NCBI GenBank assembly: GCA_035352895.1
Contig: DAOPYN010000007.1
Location: forward strand, 44,656 to 108,655
DNA: 64,000 nt
From: Fibrobacteria bacterium
GTDB taxonomy: Bacteria > Fibrobacterota > Fibrobacteria > UBA5070
Reading direction: 5' to 3'
Shown here: piece after piece, positions 49,525 through 59,056 of the stretch
Numbering within the stretch: position 1 is the first letter of the stretch
How the letters are laid out: each line of letters starts with the position of its first letter
The notes under the pieces: generated by a model
The model's database searches: none
Seen by the model: the letters and a program-made list of their open reading frames with translations, nothing else
What the model was told of the DNA's origin: nothing
Position numbers and translations under genes: made by a program

Positions 49525-50490
49525 TCAGCGCGCCTGGATCTTGACGGAAACCGACAAACCAAGCAGGAGTGGTCTCTGCCCGGGCGCGGGACGCAGGGCG
49601 ATGCGCACGGGGACGCGCTGGGTGATCTTGGTGAAGTTGCCCGAGGCGTTGCTCGGAGGGATGATGGAGAACTGCGCCGCCGTGCTGGAACCGATCCATT
49701 CCACGACCCCTTCGTAGCGGGCGTCGGGGTAGGCGTCGACCGATATCTGGACGGGAGCCCCCACGCGGATGCGGCGCAGCTTCGTCTCCTCGAAGTAGGC
49801 GCTCACCCAGGGCTTCCGCGCTGCGAAGACCGTGTAGATCGCCTGGCCCGGCGAAACGACGTCTCCCGGCTGGACCCAGTGCTTGGCGACGATACCGGAG
49901 TCGGTGGCCAGGACGGCCGTGTTGGCCAGCTGGTTGCGGATGATGGCGAGATCTGCCTGCGCCGAGGCGATCTGGGACTGCGACAACTGCTGCTGGGCTT
50001 GCGCCTGCTCGAAGGCGCGCAGGGCGTGGTCGTACTGCTCGCGGGAGACGAGCCCTTTCGCGAACTGCACCTTAGCGCGTTCGAAGTCGTCGCGGGTGCG
50101 CGCTGTCTGCGTCGCGGCGATGTCCGCGCTGCGGGTCTGGACCGTGATCATCGCCTGCGCCTTCCGCTCCTGCAGCGCGACGTCCTTGCCGTCCAGGAGC
50201 ACCAGCGTGTCTCCGGCGCGGATGGTGTCCGCGTCCTGGACGCGAAGCTCGGCGACGCGTCCCAGGAACTTCGAGCTGATCGTGATGCGGTCTCCGTCGA
50301 CCTGGGCGTCGTCGGTCGAGACGTAACGCATGGCGTTGACGGCCCAGAAGTAAGCGCCCCCGACGATTGCCGCCGTCGCGATCAGGATCGGGATCACCAC
50401 CCGCTTGCGCTTGTAGGCAGGAACGTCTTCGATGTGCTGGTCGCCCTCGGAGTCCTGGTTCTGATCGTCTGTGCTCGTGTTCGTGCTCAT
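49525..50490 (-). CDS. emrA: HlyD/EmrA-family membrane fusion (periplasmic adaptor) protein
   Basis: Single N-terminal TM helix, coiled-coil region (QAQAQQQLSQSQIASAQADL) and beta-barrel C-terminus, typical of EmrA. Confidence 0.85.
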   Translation of the reverse strand: MSTNTSTDDQNQDSEGDQHIEDVPAYKRKRVVIPILIATAAIVGGAYFWAVNAMRYVSTDDAQVDGDRITISSKFLGRVAELRVQDADTIRAGDTLVLLDGKDVALQERKAQAMITVQTRSADIAATQTARTRDDFERAKVQFAKGLVSREQYDHALRAFEQAQAQQQLSQSQIASAQADLAIIRNQLANTAVLATDSGIVAKHWVQPGDVVSPGQAIYTVFAARKPWVSAYFEETKLRRIRVGAPVQISVDAYPDARYEGVVEWIGSSTAAQFSIIPPSNASGNFTKITQRVPVRIALRPAPGQRPLLLGLSVSVKIQAR

Positions 50491-50515
50491 GCCGTCTCCG
50501 ATGCTCGAAAGAGGT

Positions 50516-51136
50516 TCAACGCTTCGCCAGGCCGTGCACGAGGATGTCCAGCATGGGCTCGATCTCGCGAGTCAAGGTTTCCATGGGAACGCCTGCGTGG
50601 CGGTGGCGCAGGCGCAGTCCGTGCAAGATGCCCACCACCAGTTCGGCCGTACTTCCGGTGTCCGCCACATGGAATCCATCGTCCGACTCGAGAATTCTCT
50701 TCACGAAGGCGCATTCCTTCGCCTTGAAGTCGGAGAGAAAGCCCGGCAATGTGCTGCCGAATTCGGTGACCAGGCCAGAGCCGATGCCCGCGAGCGTGAT
50801 GTACTTGTGGAACAGCTTGTGGCGCAGCTTCGCGTAGACCTTCAGGCGTTCGATTCCCGTCATGTTCCGCTCCAGGAGAGCCGACAGGTCGTCCCAGAAC
50901 GCATTCATGATCTTGGCGAACACCTCCCGGAAAAGCGCGCCCTTGTCCTCGAAGTAGTAGTAGAGCGACGCCTTGCTGATTCCCAGTTCGGTCGCCACGT
51001 CCTCCATGGTCACCTTGGAGTAGCCGTGCATCGCGAAATGCTTCTCGGCCACGTCGACGATGTGCTGGACTTTGCTTTCTCTGGGTGATGACAATCTGAC
51101 TGTTTCGGTAAAAAAGTCAGGGTCAATGTACGGCAT
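50516..51136 (-). CDS. TetR/AcrR-family transcriptional repressor of the efflux operon
   Basis: HTH KVTMEDVATELGISKASLYYYF. A palindrome CTGAC-N13-GTCAG overlaps the 5' end of the ORF. Confidence 0.8.
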   Translation of the reverse strand: MPYIDPDFFTETVRLSSPRESKVQHIVDVAEKHFAMHGYSKVTMEDVATELGISKASLYYYFEDKGALFREVFAKIMNAFWDDLSALLERNMTGIERLKVYAKLRHKLFHKYITLAGIGSGLVTEFGSTLPGFLSDFKAKECAFVKRILESDDGFHVADTGSTAELVVGILHGLRLRHRHAGVPMETLTREIEPMLDILVHGLAKR

Positions 51137-51255
51137 CGTGGGCGGCTTGTCAAACAGCGCTGGTTGGTAGCACGGGTAATCTCGGGCCCAAGATCCTCAC
51201 GCCGACACGACCGGGCCTCCGTTCACGGCGGTGGCTTCCCTCACGAATACCGGAT

Positions 51256-51289
51256 AAAAAAAGAGGCGGGACCGCCAGGGTCCCGCCTC
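51256..51289 (-). terminator. Strong rho-independent terminator downstream of the giant surface-protein gene
   Basis: GAGGCGGGACC-gccag-GGTCCCGCCTC 11-bp stem, followed on the minus strand by TTTTTTT. Confidence 0.8.
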
Positions 51290-51321
51290 AAGATCCATCG
51301 ATCAAGGAGAAGGTATACGGA

Positions 51322-54300
51322 TCACTTCTTCTCGTAGACCCAGCCGAACTTCCAGAGGAGGTTCCGGAAGTCGCTCTTGCCTTCCTTGTCCTTGAACTTG
51401 ACCACGGCGCGCATGAGATAGACGCCCGAAGACACGAACTTCCCGTTCTCGGCGGTCCAGTTCCAGCGGATCTCGACGTCGCGCTCGACATCTTCTTCAC
51501 CCGCAGGCCAGAGGCTTCCCTTCAGCATGGACAGATCGATCTGACGCACGGCGGTGCCCATGTTGTCGTAGACGAACAAGGTTCCCTCCAGCGGGCGATT
51601 GAGCTTGATGCGCACGCCCGCGGTCTTCTCGACCGGATTCACTCCGGGCGTGCCATCCACGATCTGTCCATTCTCCACCTTCATCCCGTCGCCGATGCGC
51701 ACGTAGTTGTCCTTGGTCGGGCTGACCTTCTTGTCGGAAGGCAGAACCAGGATCTCGATTCCGGGAGTACCAGCGGGAGGCTCGGTCCAGCCAGGATTGT
51801 CGCCACGACCGTTGATCACGATCGGGCGGCGTTGCTCGATCACGAATTCAACCGGCCGCAACCCGAATTCGATGGGAACCCAACGAGACTTCTCGCCGAC
51901 GAGATTGCCCTTGGCATCCTTGACCACCGGCTTTCCGTCGTTCCAGGAGAGTCGCACGGAATCCCCGCGACCGAAGCTGTCCTGCCACGCGGTATCCAGG
52001 TAGAACTGGATGGAGGTGCTGGTCTTCTGGTACCACCCGTAGACGTTGTTCAGCTCCATCCCCTTCGCGGGACGACCGACCCGAACCAAAGGCGTCTTGA
52101 GGTCGGTAGGCACGCCTCCCGTCCAAGGCTCGGAAAGTTCCACGGTGAGAGTGTCCCGAGCGATGGCACGGATGCTGTAGCGGAAGGTCGCCTTGATTGC
52201 GGACGGCGGAACGCTATCCAGCACTGGAATCGCACGACTCGCCGACAGCGTGGAGACCGCTCCCACGCAAGATTCGCAGGAGGTGACTCCCAAGGCGAAT
52301 GGGTTATCCAGCGGTTGCTTCCAGACTCCTGTGGAATTGGAAGTCAAGACCACATCCCTGGTTTCGGAGCCCCAATTCACACTGACCTTCTTGATCGCCT
52401 GGAAGGCGGCCGAAGGAACCGGCCGGGAAAGATAGACGCCCACTTCGGTTCCACGCCCCTGTCCATTGGGATCGAAGACAGCTGCGGTCATGGGCGGAAT
52501 CCCCCAGACCACCGGCGCGAATGGACTGGCCTTGCCTACCGTGGTGCCACCCATGTCGGAAAGGTTGCCCGCGAGAGTTCCCGAAGCGATCCGTACCGAG
52601 TCCCATGCGTCGGAAGCGACATTGGCATCCTTCAGATACAGGGTTGCAACCAGACCATCAGGGGAAAGCACCGGTAGGGGGCTGTGCGTCACGGCACCCG
52701 TTTGCCCCTTCCCACCCCATTCCACCCAGGAGGGATTGGAGGAAATGGACTTCACCGGCTCGCTGAAGTTCACGGTCAGAGTATCTGCATCGCCCGCCGC
52801 TCCGAACGCGTAGGAACCAGACACGACGATGGGAGCCACGCGATCCAGCAAGACCCACGTTGCCACATCGGCACCGTTGTCCAGGAACTGGATGGTGCAA
52901 CCCGAGGGGCAGGAAGTGGAGCCCTTGGGGAAACCGGCATCGGGAGCGCGGATACCGAATTGGTCATTCTGGATCCGAACGATCGGCCAGGTCTGCGGAG
53001 CGGATCCAGGCCAGGTCACCACTACGTGGGTGGCCACCAGGGCGCCACGCAGCTCCACGGAAATGGAGTCTGCTTGGCCGTCACCATTGGAATCGAACAT
53101 CGAGCCACGACCGGAAGGCGTGACCTTCAGCGGCACCCAACGGGAGGAATCCCCCACCGCGACATGTCCATCGGTGATGGACTTGTCGAACCGCGCCCAA
53201 GCCACATCGCTGGCGATGGAGCCTTGGGGCACCACGACGCGAAGCACCTTCCCGGAGATGTCGGGGTTGGCCGACATGATCTTGACGGGAGTGGCGGATG
53301 GGTCGGAGGCGAGCATTGCCAGTGCGGCTCCAACCTTGGAAATCGGCTCGGATCCGACGATTTCAAGGGTGTCGGCGGAACCAGCAACGAATCCGAAGAT
53401 CAGCTTGGCGGACATCGCCACCGGAGCGATGGAATCCTCGACCACTGCGCGATAGGAATCGACATCGGTTCCCACCGTGATCCATCCCATGTCGGTGGGC
53501 AGACCAGCCGTACCCAGGAGAGCGGGTCCGATCGGACCACGCCACGACATCTGATCCGCACTGCGGGTCAGGCTGGCCGCATTGAGCACGGCACCGTTCC
53601 AGGTCAGGCCGAATCCGGATGGCACCGGCGCACCCGAAGCGGAACGTGTCAAGCGGTATTCGACATCGTCCGCCTGCCCATCACCGTTGGCATCGCGCAA
53701 GATCACGCGGATCTTCTGGGGGCCATAGACCAGGGGCACGAAGGGAGAAACCGCTCCCGGAACCACCCAGCCCGCATCGCGCGCCCAGCCGCGAAGACGG
53801 AGAGAATCGCCATCGGCCGTGCCAGGCGCCACCATCAGGACAATCTGCGTGGTGGCCTGTCCTTGCGCGTTGGTGGTCGCGACCAGACGTCCGGCAAGAT
53901 CGGCACTGCCCGCATCCTTGAGACCGAACCACCCCTCGCCGGGAAGGTTTCCTTCCGTGACCGGCTCGGAGGTGGTCACCACCAGGGAGTCCATTCCAAT
54001 CCCGTAGCGATACGCGGCCTTGACGGCAACTGCCGCGACCGAGTCATCCACGACCGCACGCCAAGTGAGGACATCGGTTCCCACCTGGATCCAACCGGTG
54101 CTGCCCACAGGAGTCGAAGTGACCCCCTTGGCGAATGGACCTATGGGACCCGACCAGGACTTGCCGTCGGCGGATTTCGTCAGGGTGGGCACAGACTTTT
54201 CCTCGGCGCCCCACTGGACGGTGAAGCCATCCGGAACGGGCCCACCGGAAGCGCCACGAGTCAGACGGAAGACCACGCTGTCGGCGGCGCCATCGCCATT

Positions 54301-57300
54301 GGCATCGAACATGGCCACTGCGATGGGCTGGGAACCGAAGATCACCTTCACGAAGGGGCTGACTGCGCCAGGAACGCTCCCGAAGCGGTCCTTGGCCAAT
54401 CCCCTCAAGCGGATGGAATCACCCGTGAAGACTCCCGGAACCACGATGAGCTTGATGGTGTCGCCGATCGGCTGACCCGCGCCGGCAATCAACGTTCCCA
54501 AGGTGCCCGCATCCCCGGCGGGCTTCTGGGCAAGCCATCCTTCTCCTGGAATAGCGCCTTGGAAGAGCGCTTCGGTGGCCTTGACCACCAGAGTGTCGAA
54601 GTCCTTGCCATAGAGGTACTTGGCCGAAATGGCCGCAGCCGGAACCGAGTCGTTCAGCGGGAACCGGCGAACATCGGCACCCGAAAACACGGTGAGCTTG
54701 CAGCCCTTGCAGTAAGTGGCGTTCTGGAGGATCCCCGCCGGCAAACGCAATCCCACTCCGATTCCACCTGGGGTGGCAATGGTGACGATGGTGTCCACGT
54801 CCCCGTAGGTCTTCCACTGGACCTTGGCGGAATCGACGTTGGAAAGGCTTCCCTTGGCGGCGATGACCACCGAGTCGGGTGCCCCGTCGCCGTTGGCGTC
54901 GAGCATCCAGGAGGTGGCCACGGGATCGACCTTGATCTTGATCCACACCGAGTTGAGGCCAGGGGCGTTGCCGACCGCATCGGAGAGCAATCCGCCCAAC
55001 CGCAACGAGTCGCTGGCCTGGATCGGGTTGTTGGCCGGATCGAAGGTGATCACGAACAGCGAACCGTTGCCCAGCATGCCGGGAACCGCCGACACCAAGC
55101 GTGGGACCAACCGGTTCCCGACGATGACCGTTCCCGCCAGGGCCGGATTGGCCGCGACCGACAGAGCCTTCAACGGCTCGGTGGCGATCACATACAGGGA
55201 ATCCCGTCCCGTACCGGTCGTATCGTAGACCATCCAGGCACTGTCGGCGACGGGAGCGATCCCGTCGGCCAACTTGATGGGATTGTTCAAAGGAATCAAG
55301 AGTCCACTTGGATAGGTCAGCACCGTGCCCAGCGAATCGGGCCGGATCGCAGGAAGCTGAGTCCGGATTCCCCACGACTTGGATTCGACGGAGATCGTCT
55401 GGGCGGTATCGCCTTCCGAGCGGATCATCGTTGCCACGGCGATGATGGAATCACGTTTCCCCTGGGAATCGAACCAGACCACATGGGAAGAAGGATTGTC
55501 GGCGACCTTGAACAGGGGTGTGGGAGCCACCAGACGGATGGAGTCGGCGATGCCATCGCCGTTTCCATCCAGGACGGTTCCCTTGACCACCACGGCGCCG
55601 AATCGCTTGGTGAAAGAGATGGTGTACAGGGAGTCACCCAGTCTGGACTCCACTCGGATCGTGTACTTGCCCGGCCACATCAGACCGGGATCGGCGATGA
55701 GCTTGTTGGTGTCCAGCTTGATCACACCACCCTGGTAGGTGAGGTTTCCGCCGTACAGGGAGGTATCCGAGGAATAGTTGTCCGACAACCCGGAGCCCGG
55801 AGGCCCAACCACAACCATGCGTCCGTTGGTGGTCACCCAGGTTTCCGCCTGGGGCTTCATCAGGTCGGCGCAAGTGGGAACGAAGTTGTTGGTCTCGTTG
55901 CCCTGGATGGTGACGATCATTCCGGTTCCCACCGGAGTCGCCAAAGCCTTGTACTTCCAGGTGGGCTGGAGGTCCATGGTGGTGCGGATCAGGATCGAAG
56001 ACCCGCTCAACTGCCGCTCGCAGTAGAAGATGTCGAAGGGATAGATGTTCCCCTCGCGCAGGCGCAGCTTGTCCAGGTTCACGTAGGTGGATTCAGGAGC
56101 ATGGCTGCCTCCCAGGTCCACCGCAAGCTTGTTGTTGATGAACACCCAAACGTCGTCGTCACCGCGGAATTCGAACTTCAGACCCGGAGTGTATTCGAAG
56201 GCCGCATGTCCGTGCATGCAGAACAGGAAGTTGTGCTGCTTGCCATCCGTGGCGGTCATGGGGGAATACCCTCGTCGATCGGAAATCGTATCCAAGGGGA
56301 AGAATCCGGTGTCGGCGAACTTGTAGTATCCGCTGTCCTTGGCTCCGTTCTTGACCAAGGGAAGCTCCACGCAACCGTGCCCGATGGCGACTCCAGGTAC
56401 CGCCGCCTTCAACGCGGTGGTGTCGAACCAGTTCGATGGCGTCGACTTCTTCCAGAGCGACTGGGCCAAAGGCAAAGCGGTAGCAGGTCCCTTGTTGTTG
56501 ATGCCACCCGACTGCCACTCGCCGGAATCCTTCCCAGTGTACACGGGAAGCCCATTGGCTCCCAAGGACGTCTGCACCATTCCCTTCACCAAGCCGGAAC
56601 TGGCATCGCCCTTCGTTTCCGTGGGACCACCCACCTGGAAAGGAGGATTCCCGCCGGTCTCGCCGCGTCCCTTGAAGTCGAAGGCTTCCATCACCAGCTT
56701 CAGGGTGTCGGTCGAACAATCCTTGGCGGTGGTGCTCGCGACCGCCACGGCAGGAATGCGGGCGTTGGTGGCGTTCTTGGTCTGGATCCAGGTTTCGTTC
56801 TTCGCGCTGATGGCCGTCGCGGGAATGTCGATCCAGTTGGCGCGTTTGCGGAATTGGACACCCAGCGAGCCGTAGGAGGAATCCTCGAAGGAATGGCCGA
56901 TCAGGACCCGCTTGGGAGCCGTGTACAGAGGATAGGAGAACCATCCACAGTACTGGGTGGGGCGCAGGACGTGAAGATTGTTGTCTTCTTCCCACATCAA
57001 CCGGGGGCTACCTGGTTGCCATGGATTCTGGACATAGAGAGTATAGGCCGGCTTGGGAAGGGCACCCTTGCCCCACAGGATCCCACCGCCCGCTTCCGAG
57101 GGAACGAAATACCAGTTGGCTCCGCCGGGAGTCAGGACGAAAGGCTTGACCACCACCTGGTCCACACCGGCCGAATCGAAGGTGTTGGGGCTGCCAACGC
57201 CCTTCTTGAAGCGGATGGTTCCCACGGGAGTGCCCTGGGGAGCAAGGAACCGAAGATCGGCGGTGAGCCAATCGGGATTGGTGGCATTGGGATACAGCGG

Positions 57301-58116
57301 AATGTCCTGGCCGTTGAATTCCACAACCGGCAATTCCGCTCCCGGCCAAGGATTGCGGATGTTCACGATCCCGAATCGGGTGCTGAAGGGGTTGAAGCCA
57401 GTGCACTGCATATCGACTTCCTTGGGGCTCTGGCCAGGAGGCATCGCGGGCGTGCCCCAACGAATCCAGACGGTGTCGCCGGGAATCGATTCCAGGCACT
57501 TGTCCAGGGCGCCAGGTTGCTGCACCGCCTTGGTCCCCACCGTGAGGGTCTTGCGAACATTCAGAAGTTCGGTTTCGCTGTTCCCGGCCGCTTGGTAGAG
57601 CTTGGGGCCGCGGTAGGTCGCGGCAGCCGGAAACACGAAGAATTTGGGGGTGGAGTCCGGAAGCACAACCGGGGTCTGCACACCGGTGCTCACGTTCTGG
57701 TAGGTGAAGGTGGTCTGGGTGTCGGGGAACCAGATGGTGTCTCCCGCAGCGGCTTTGTAGGTGGAATCGTTCTGGTACCATCCACGACTGTAGAGAGTAT
57801 TGAACCGTACCCGCCCCATCACGTAATCGTCGGGATCGAAATCGGAAAGGGAATACCACCAGCCGAAACGCTCCGTGTCGTATGCGTTGGTCTTGACCGG
57901 ACTGGGAGGCGCGCTTCCATTCACCATCTTCACCTCGGAGCCCGGCTGGACAACCCGCAAGTTGATCACGGTATCCATCTGGTTGCGCTGCCCGAAGTAG
58001 TCGACCATGATCATCAAGGTCTTGGCAGCCTGAATCGGCGCGGTCGAGCACAGGAACAAGACGCCGAACAAAGGCAGGAGGCGAAGCGGCGAGTTGTGGT
58101 GAGCAAAACGAGACAT
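51322..58116 (-). CDS. Giant secreted repetitive surface protein (about 2264 aa) with a PA14/fibro-slime-like domain, about 170-aa tandem repeats carrying DANGDG Ca-binding-like motifs, and a C-terminal sorting-type beta-sandwich tail
   Basis: Signal peptide MSRFAHHNSPLRLLPLFGVLFLCSTAPIQA. The block HNFLFCMHGHAAFEYTPGLKFEFRGDDDVWVFINNKLAVDLGGSHAP matches the PA14/fibro-slime (TIGR02148-like) core. Repeated AVSPFV ... FDANGDGxADS units. C-terminus ... GVYLMRAVVKF ... WVYEKK. Confidence 0.85.
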   Translation of the reverse strand: MSRFAHHNSPLRLLPLFGVLFLCSTAPIQAAKTLMIMVDYFGQRNQMDTVINLRVVQPGSEVKMVNGSAPPSPVKTNAYDTERFGWWYSLSDFDPDDYVMGRVRFNTLYSRGWYQNDSTYKAAAGDTIWFPDTQTTFTYQNVSTGVQTPVVLPDSTPKFFVFPAAATYRGPKLYQAAGNSETELLNVRKTLTVGTKAVQQPGALDKCLESIPGDTVWIRWGTPAMPPGQSPKEVDMQCTGFNPFSTRFGIVNIRNPWPGAELPVVEFNGQDIPLYPNATNPDWLTADLRFLAPQGTPVGTIRFKKGVGSPNTFDSAGVDQVVVKPFVLTPGGANWYFVPSEAGGGILWGKGALPKPAYTLYVQNPWQPGSPRLMWEEDNNLHVLRPTQYCGWFSYPLYTAPKRVLIGHSFEDSSYGSLGVQFRKRANWIDIPATAISAKNETWIQTKNATNARIPAVAVASTTAKDCSTDTLKLVMEAFDFKGRGETGGNPPFQVGGPTETKGDASSGLVKGMVQTSLGANGLPVYTGKDSGEWQSGGINNKGPATALPLAQSLWKKSTPSNWFDTTALKAAVPGVAIGHGCVELPLVKNGAKDSGYYKFADTGFFPLDTISDRRGYSPMTATDGKQHNFLFCMHGHAAFEYTPGLKFEFRGDDDVWVFINNKLAVDLGGSHAPESTYVNLDKLRLREGNIYPFDIFYCERQLSGSSILIRTTMDLQPTWKYKALATPVGTGMIVTIQGNETNNFVPTCADLMKPQAETWVTTNGRMVVVGPPGSGLSDNYSSDTSLYGGNLTYQGGVIKLDTNKLIADPGLMWPGKYTIRVESRLGDSLYTISFTKRFGAVVVKGTVLDGNGDGIADSIRLVAPTPLFKVADNPSSHVVWFDSQGKRDSIIAVATMIRSEGDTAQTISVESKSWGIRTQLPAIRPDSLGTVLTYPSGLLIPLNNPIKLADGIAPVADSAWMVYDTTGTGRDSLYVIATEPLKALSVAANPALAGTVIVGNRLVPRLVSAVPGMLGNGSLFVITFDPANNPIQASDSLRLGGLLSDAVGNAPGLNSVWIKIKVDPVATSWMLDANGDGAPDSVVIAAKGSLSNVDSAKVQWKTYGDVDTIVTIATPGGIGVGLRLPAGILQNATYCKGCKLTVFSGADVRRFPLNDSVPAAAISAKYLYGKDFDTLVVKATEALFQGAIPGEGWLAQKPAGDAGTLGTLIAGAGQPIGDTIKLIVVPGVFTGDSIRLRGLAKDRFGSVPGAVSPFVKVIFGSQPIAVAMFDANGDGAADSVVFRLTRGASGGPVPDGFTVQWGAEEKSVPTLTKSADGKSWSGPIGPFAKGVTSTPVGSTGWIQVGTDVLTWRAVVDDSVAAVAVKAAYRYGIGMDSLVVTTSEPVTEGNLPGEGWFGLKDAGSADLAGRLVATTNAQGQATTQIVLMVAPGTADGDSLRLRGWARDAGWVVPGAVSPFVPLVYGPQKIRVILRDANGDGQADDVEYRLTRSASGAPVPSGFGLTWNGAVLNAASLTRSADQMSWRGPIGPALLGTAGLPTDMGWITVGTDVDSYRAVVEDSIAPVAMSAKLIFGFVAGSADTLEIVGSEPISKVGAALAMLASDPSATPVKIMSANPDISGKVLRVVVPQGSIASDVAWARFDKSITDGHVAVGDSSRWVPLKVTPSGRGSMFDSNGDGQADSISVELRGALVATHVVVTWPGSAPQTWPIVRIQNDQFGIRAPDAGFPKGSTSCPSGCTIQFLDNGADVATWVLLDRVAPIVVSGSYAFGAAGDADTLTVNFSEPVKSISSNPSWVEWGGKGQTGAVTHSPLPVLSPDGLVATLYLKDANVASDAWDSVRIASGTLAGNLSDMGGTTVGKASPFAPVVWGIPPMTAAVFDPNGQGRGTEVGVYLSRPVPSAAFQAIKKVSVNWGSETRDVVLTSNSTGVWKQPLDNPFALGVTSCESCVGAVSTLSASRAIPVLDSVPPSAIKATFRYSIRAIARDTLTVELSEPWTGGVPTDLKTPLVRVGRPAKGMELNNVYGWYQKTSTSIQFYLDTAWQDSFGRGDSVRLSWNDGKPVVKDAKGNLVGEKSRWVPIEFGLRPVEFVIEQRRPIVINGRGDNPGWTEPPAGTPGIEILVLPSDKKVSPTKDNYVRIGDGMKVENGQIVDGTPGVNPVEKTAGVRIKLNRPLEGTLFVYDNMGTAVRQIDLSMLKGSLWPAGEEDVERDVEIRWNWTAENGKFVSSGVYLMRAVVKFKDKEGKSDFRNLLWKFGWVYEKK

Positions 58117-58443
58117 GGACTGGACCCTTCGATCGAGGTACCGATGAACGTCGGTATAATACGCACGGTTGCCGGGCATCACAGTGCGATTGTGCGAACT
58201 GGACCGAGATTTGCGAAAAGGGGCGGGTTGTGGAGGATGATTCCGTACTCCGCAAGAGAACGTAAGCAATTGTCACGCCACAAGGAATGCCACCTAAACA
58301 CACGCTTCTGTATATCGGCGTTGCCAAACCGCTCTCATCGACCTTAGCTTGAAGCTTCCAACGGGGGAGGCTCTTTCTCTTCCCCTGTCCCGCGACGCGA
58401 CCCCCATCCGTCGCCCGCACCACGTCCCTGGATTCCTCCGCCC

Positions 58444-58989
58444 ATGGCAACTTCCTCTTCCAGTCGTTCCTCCTTCCTCTTTCCGAAGCACCCGCACCAA
58501 CAGAACGCATCCCTTGTGGTTCTCGTTCTTTTGAGCCTTCCCATCGCCACCTCCGCGTTCAAGGGAGATTTCCTCATCGAAGGGGGGCCTTTGGTGAGTG
58601 GAAGAAGCATCCCGCAGCTGAATCAACCCGGAATCGGCGTGTCGGCGGGCGTGCTGTCCTCCTTGACAGAACACGCCGATCTCGGGATCACCGGCAGTTA
58701 CGAACACCAGAATGGGGAGATGGGAGGATTGGATCTGGCCACCATCGGAATCCAAAGCTGGTTTGGAGGCATCCGAAGCAAAGTTCGCCCCCAGTTGGGG
58801 ACACAGTTGGGACTGGCCCTGACCGACGAGCTCAGTGCAAGTCTCCACCTGGGCGCTCAGGCGCGCGCCATCTTCGACCTCCCCTACCTGGCCCGCCTGT
58901 ACCTTGGAGCCGCCTTCGGCGGCAATATCGGCGAACGAAGCAGCACATACAGACGCGGGGAATTCGGAACCCAATTCAGATTCGACTGA
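58444..58989 (+). CDS. Possible small outer-membrane beta-barrel protein (181 aa), lower GC (about 58%)
   Basis: Alternating amphipathic beta-strand pattern, ending ... TQFRFD. Signal-like hydrophobic segment LVVLVLLSLPIATSA. The start codon is uncertain. Confidence 0.4.
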   Translation: MATSSSSRSSFLFPKHPHQQNASLVVLVLLSLPIATSAFKGDFLIEGGPLVSGRSIPQLNQPGIGVSAGVLSSLTEHADLGITGSYEHQNGEMGGLDLATIGIQSWFGGIRSKVRPQLGTQLGLALTDELSASLHLGAQARAIFDLPYLARLYLGAAFGGNIGERSSTYRRGEFGTQFRFD

Positions 58990-59056
58990 CCTTTCCCGTC
59001 GGCTTTTGGACGTCAAGCCCCCGCCTTGGCCCGGCCGTTCCCTATCTTTGCCAAAG

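Noticed and set aside
51096-51125. CTGAC-N13-GTCAG palindrome, considered as a TetR operator
   Set aside because: It lies inside the 5' end of the tetR coding sequence as annotated. It could be an overlapping operator if the true start is internal, but with no second copy and no start-site evidence it is not called.
52684-58347. 1887-codon open reading frame on the plus strand
   Set aside because: It is exactly antisense to the well-supported 2264-aa minus-strand surface-protein gene. The translation is low-complexity Gly/Arg/Asp-rich with no motifs. Long antisense ORFs are expected in 68%-GC repetitive DNA.
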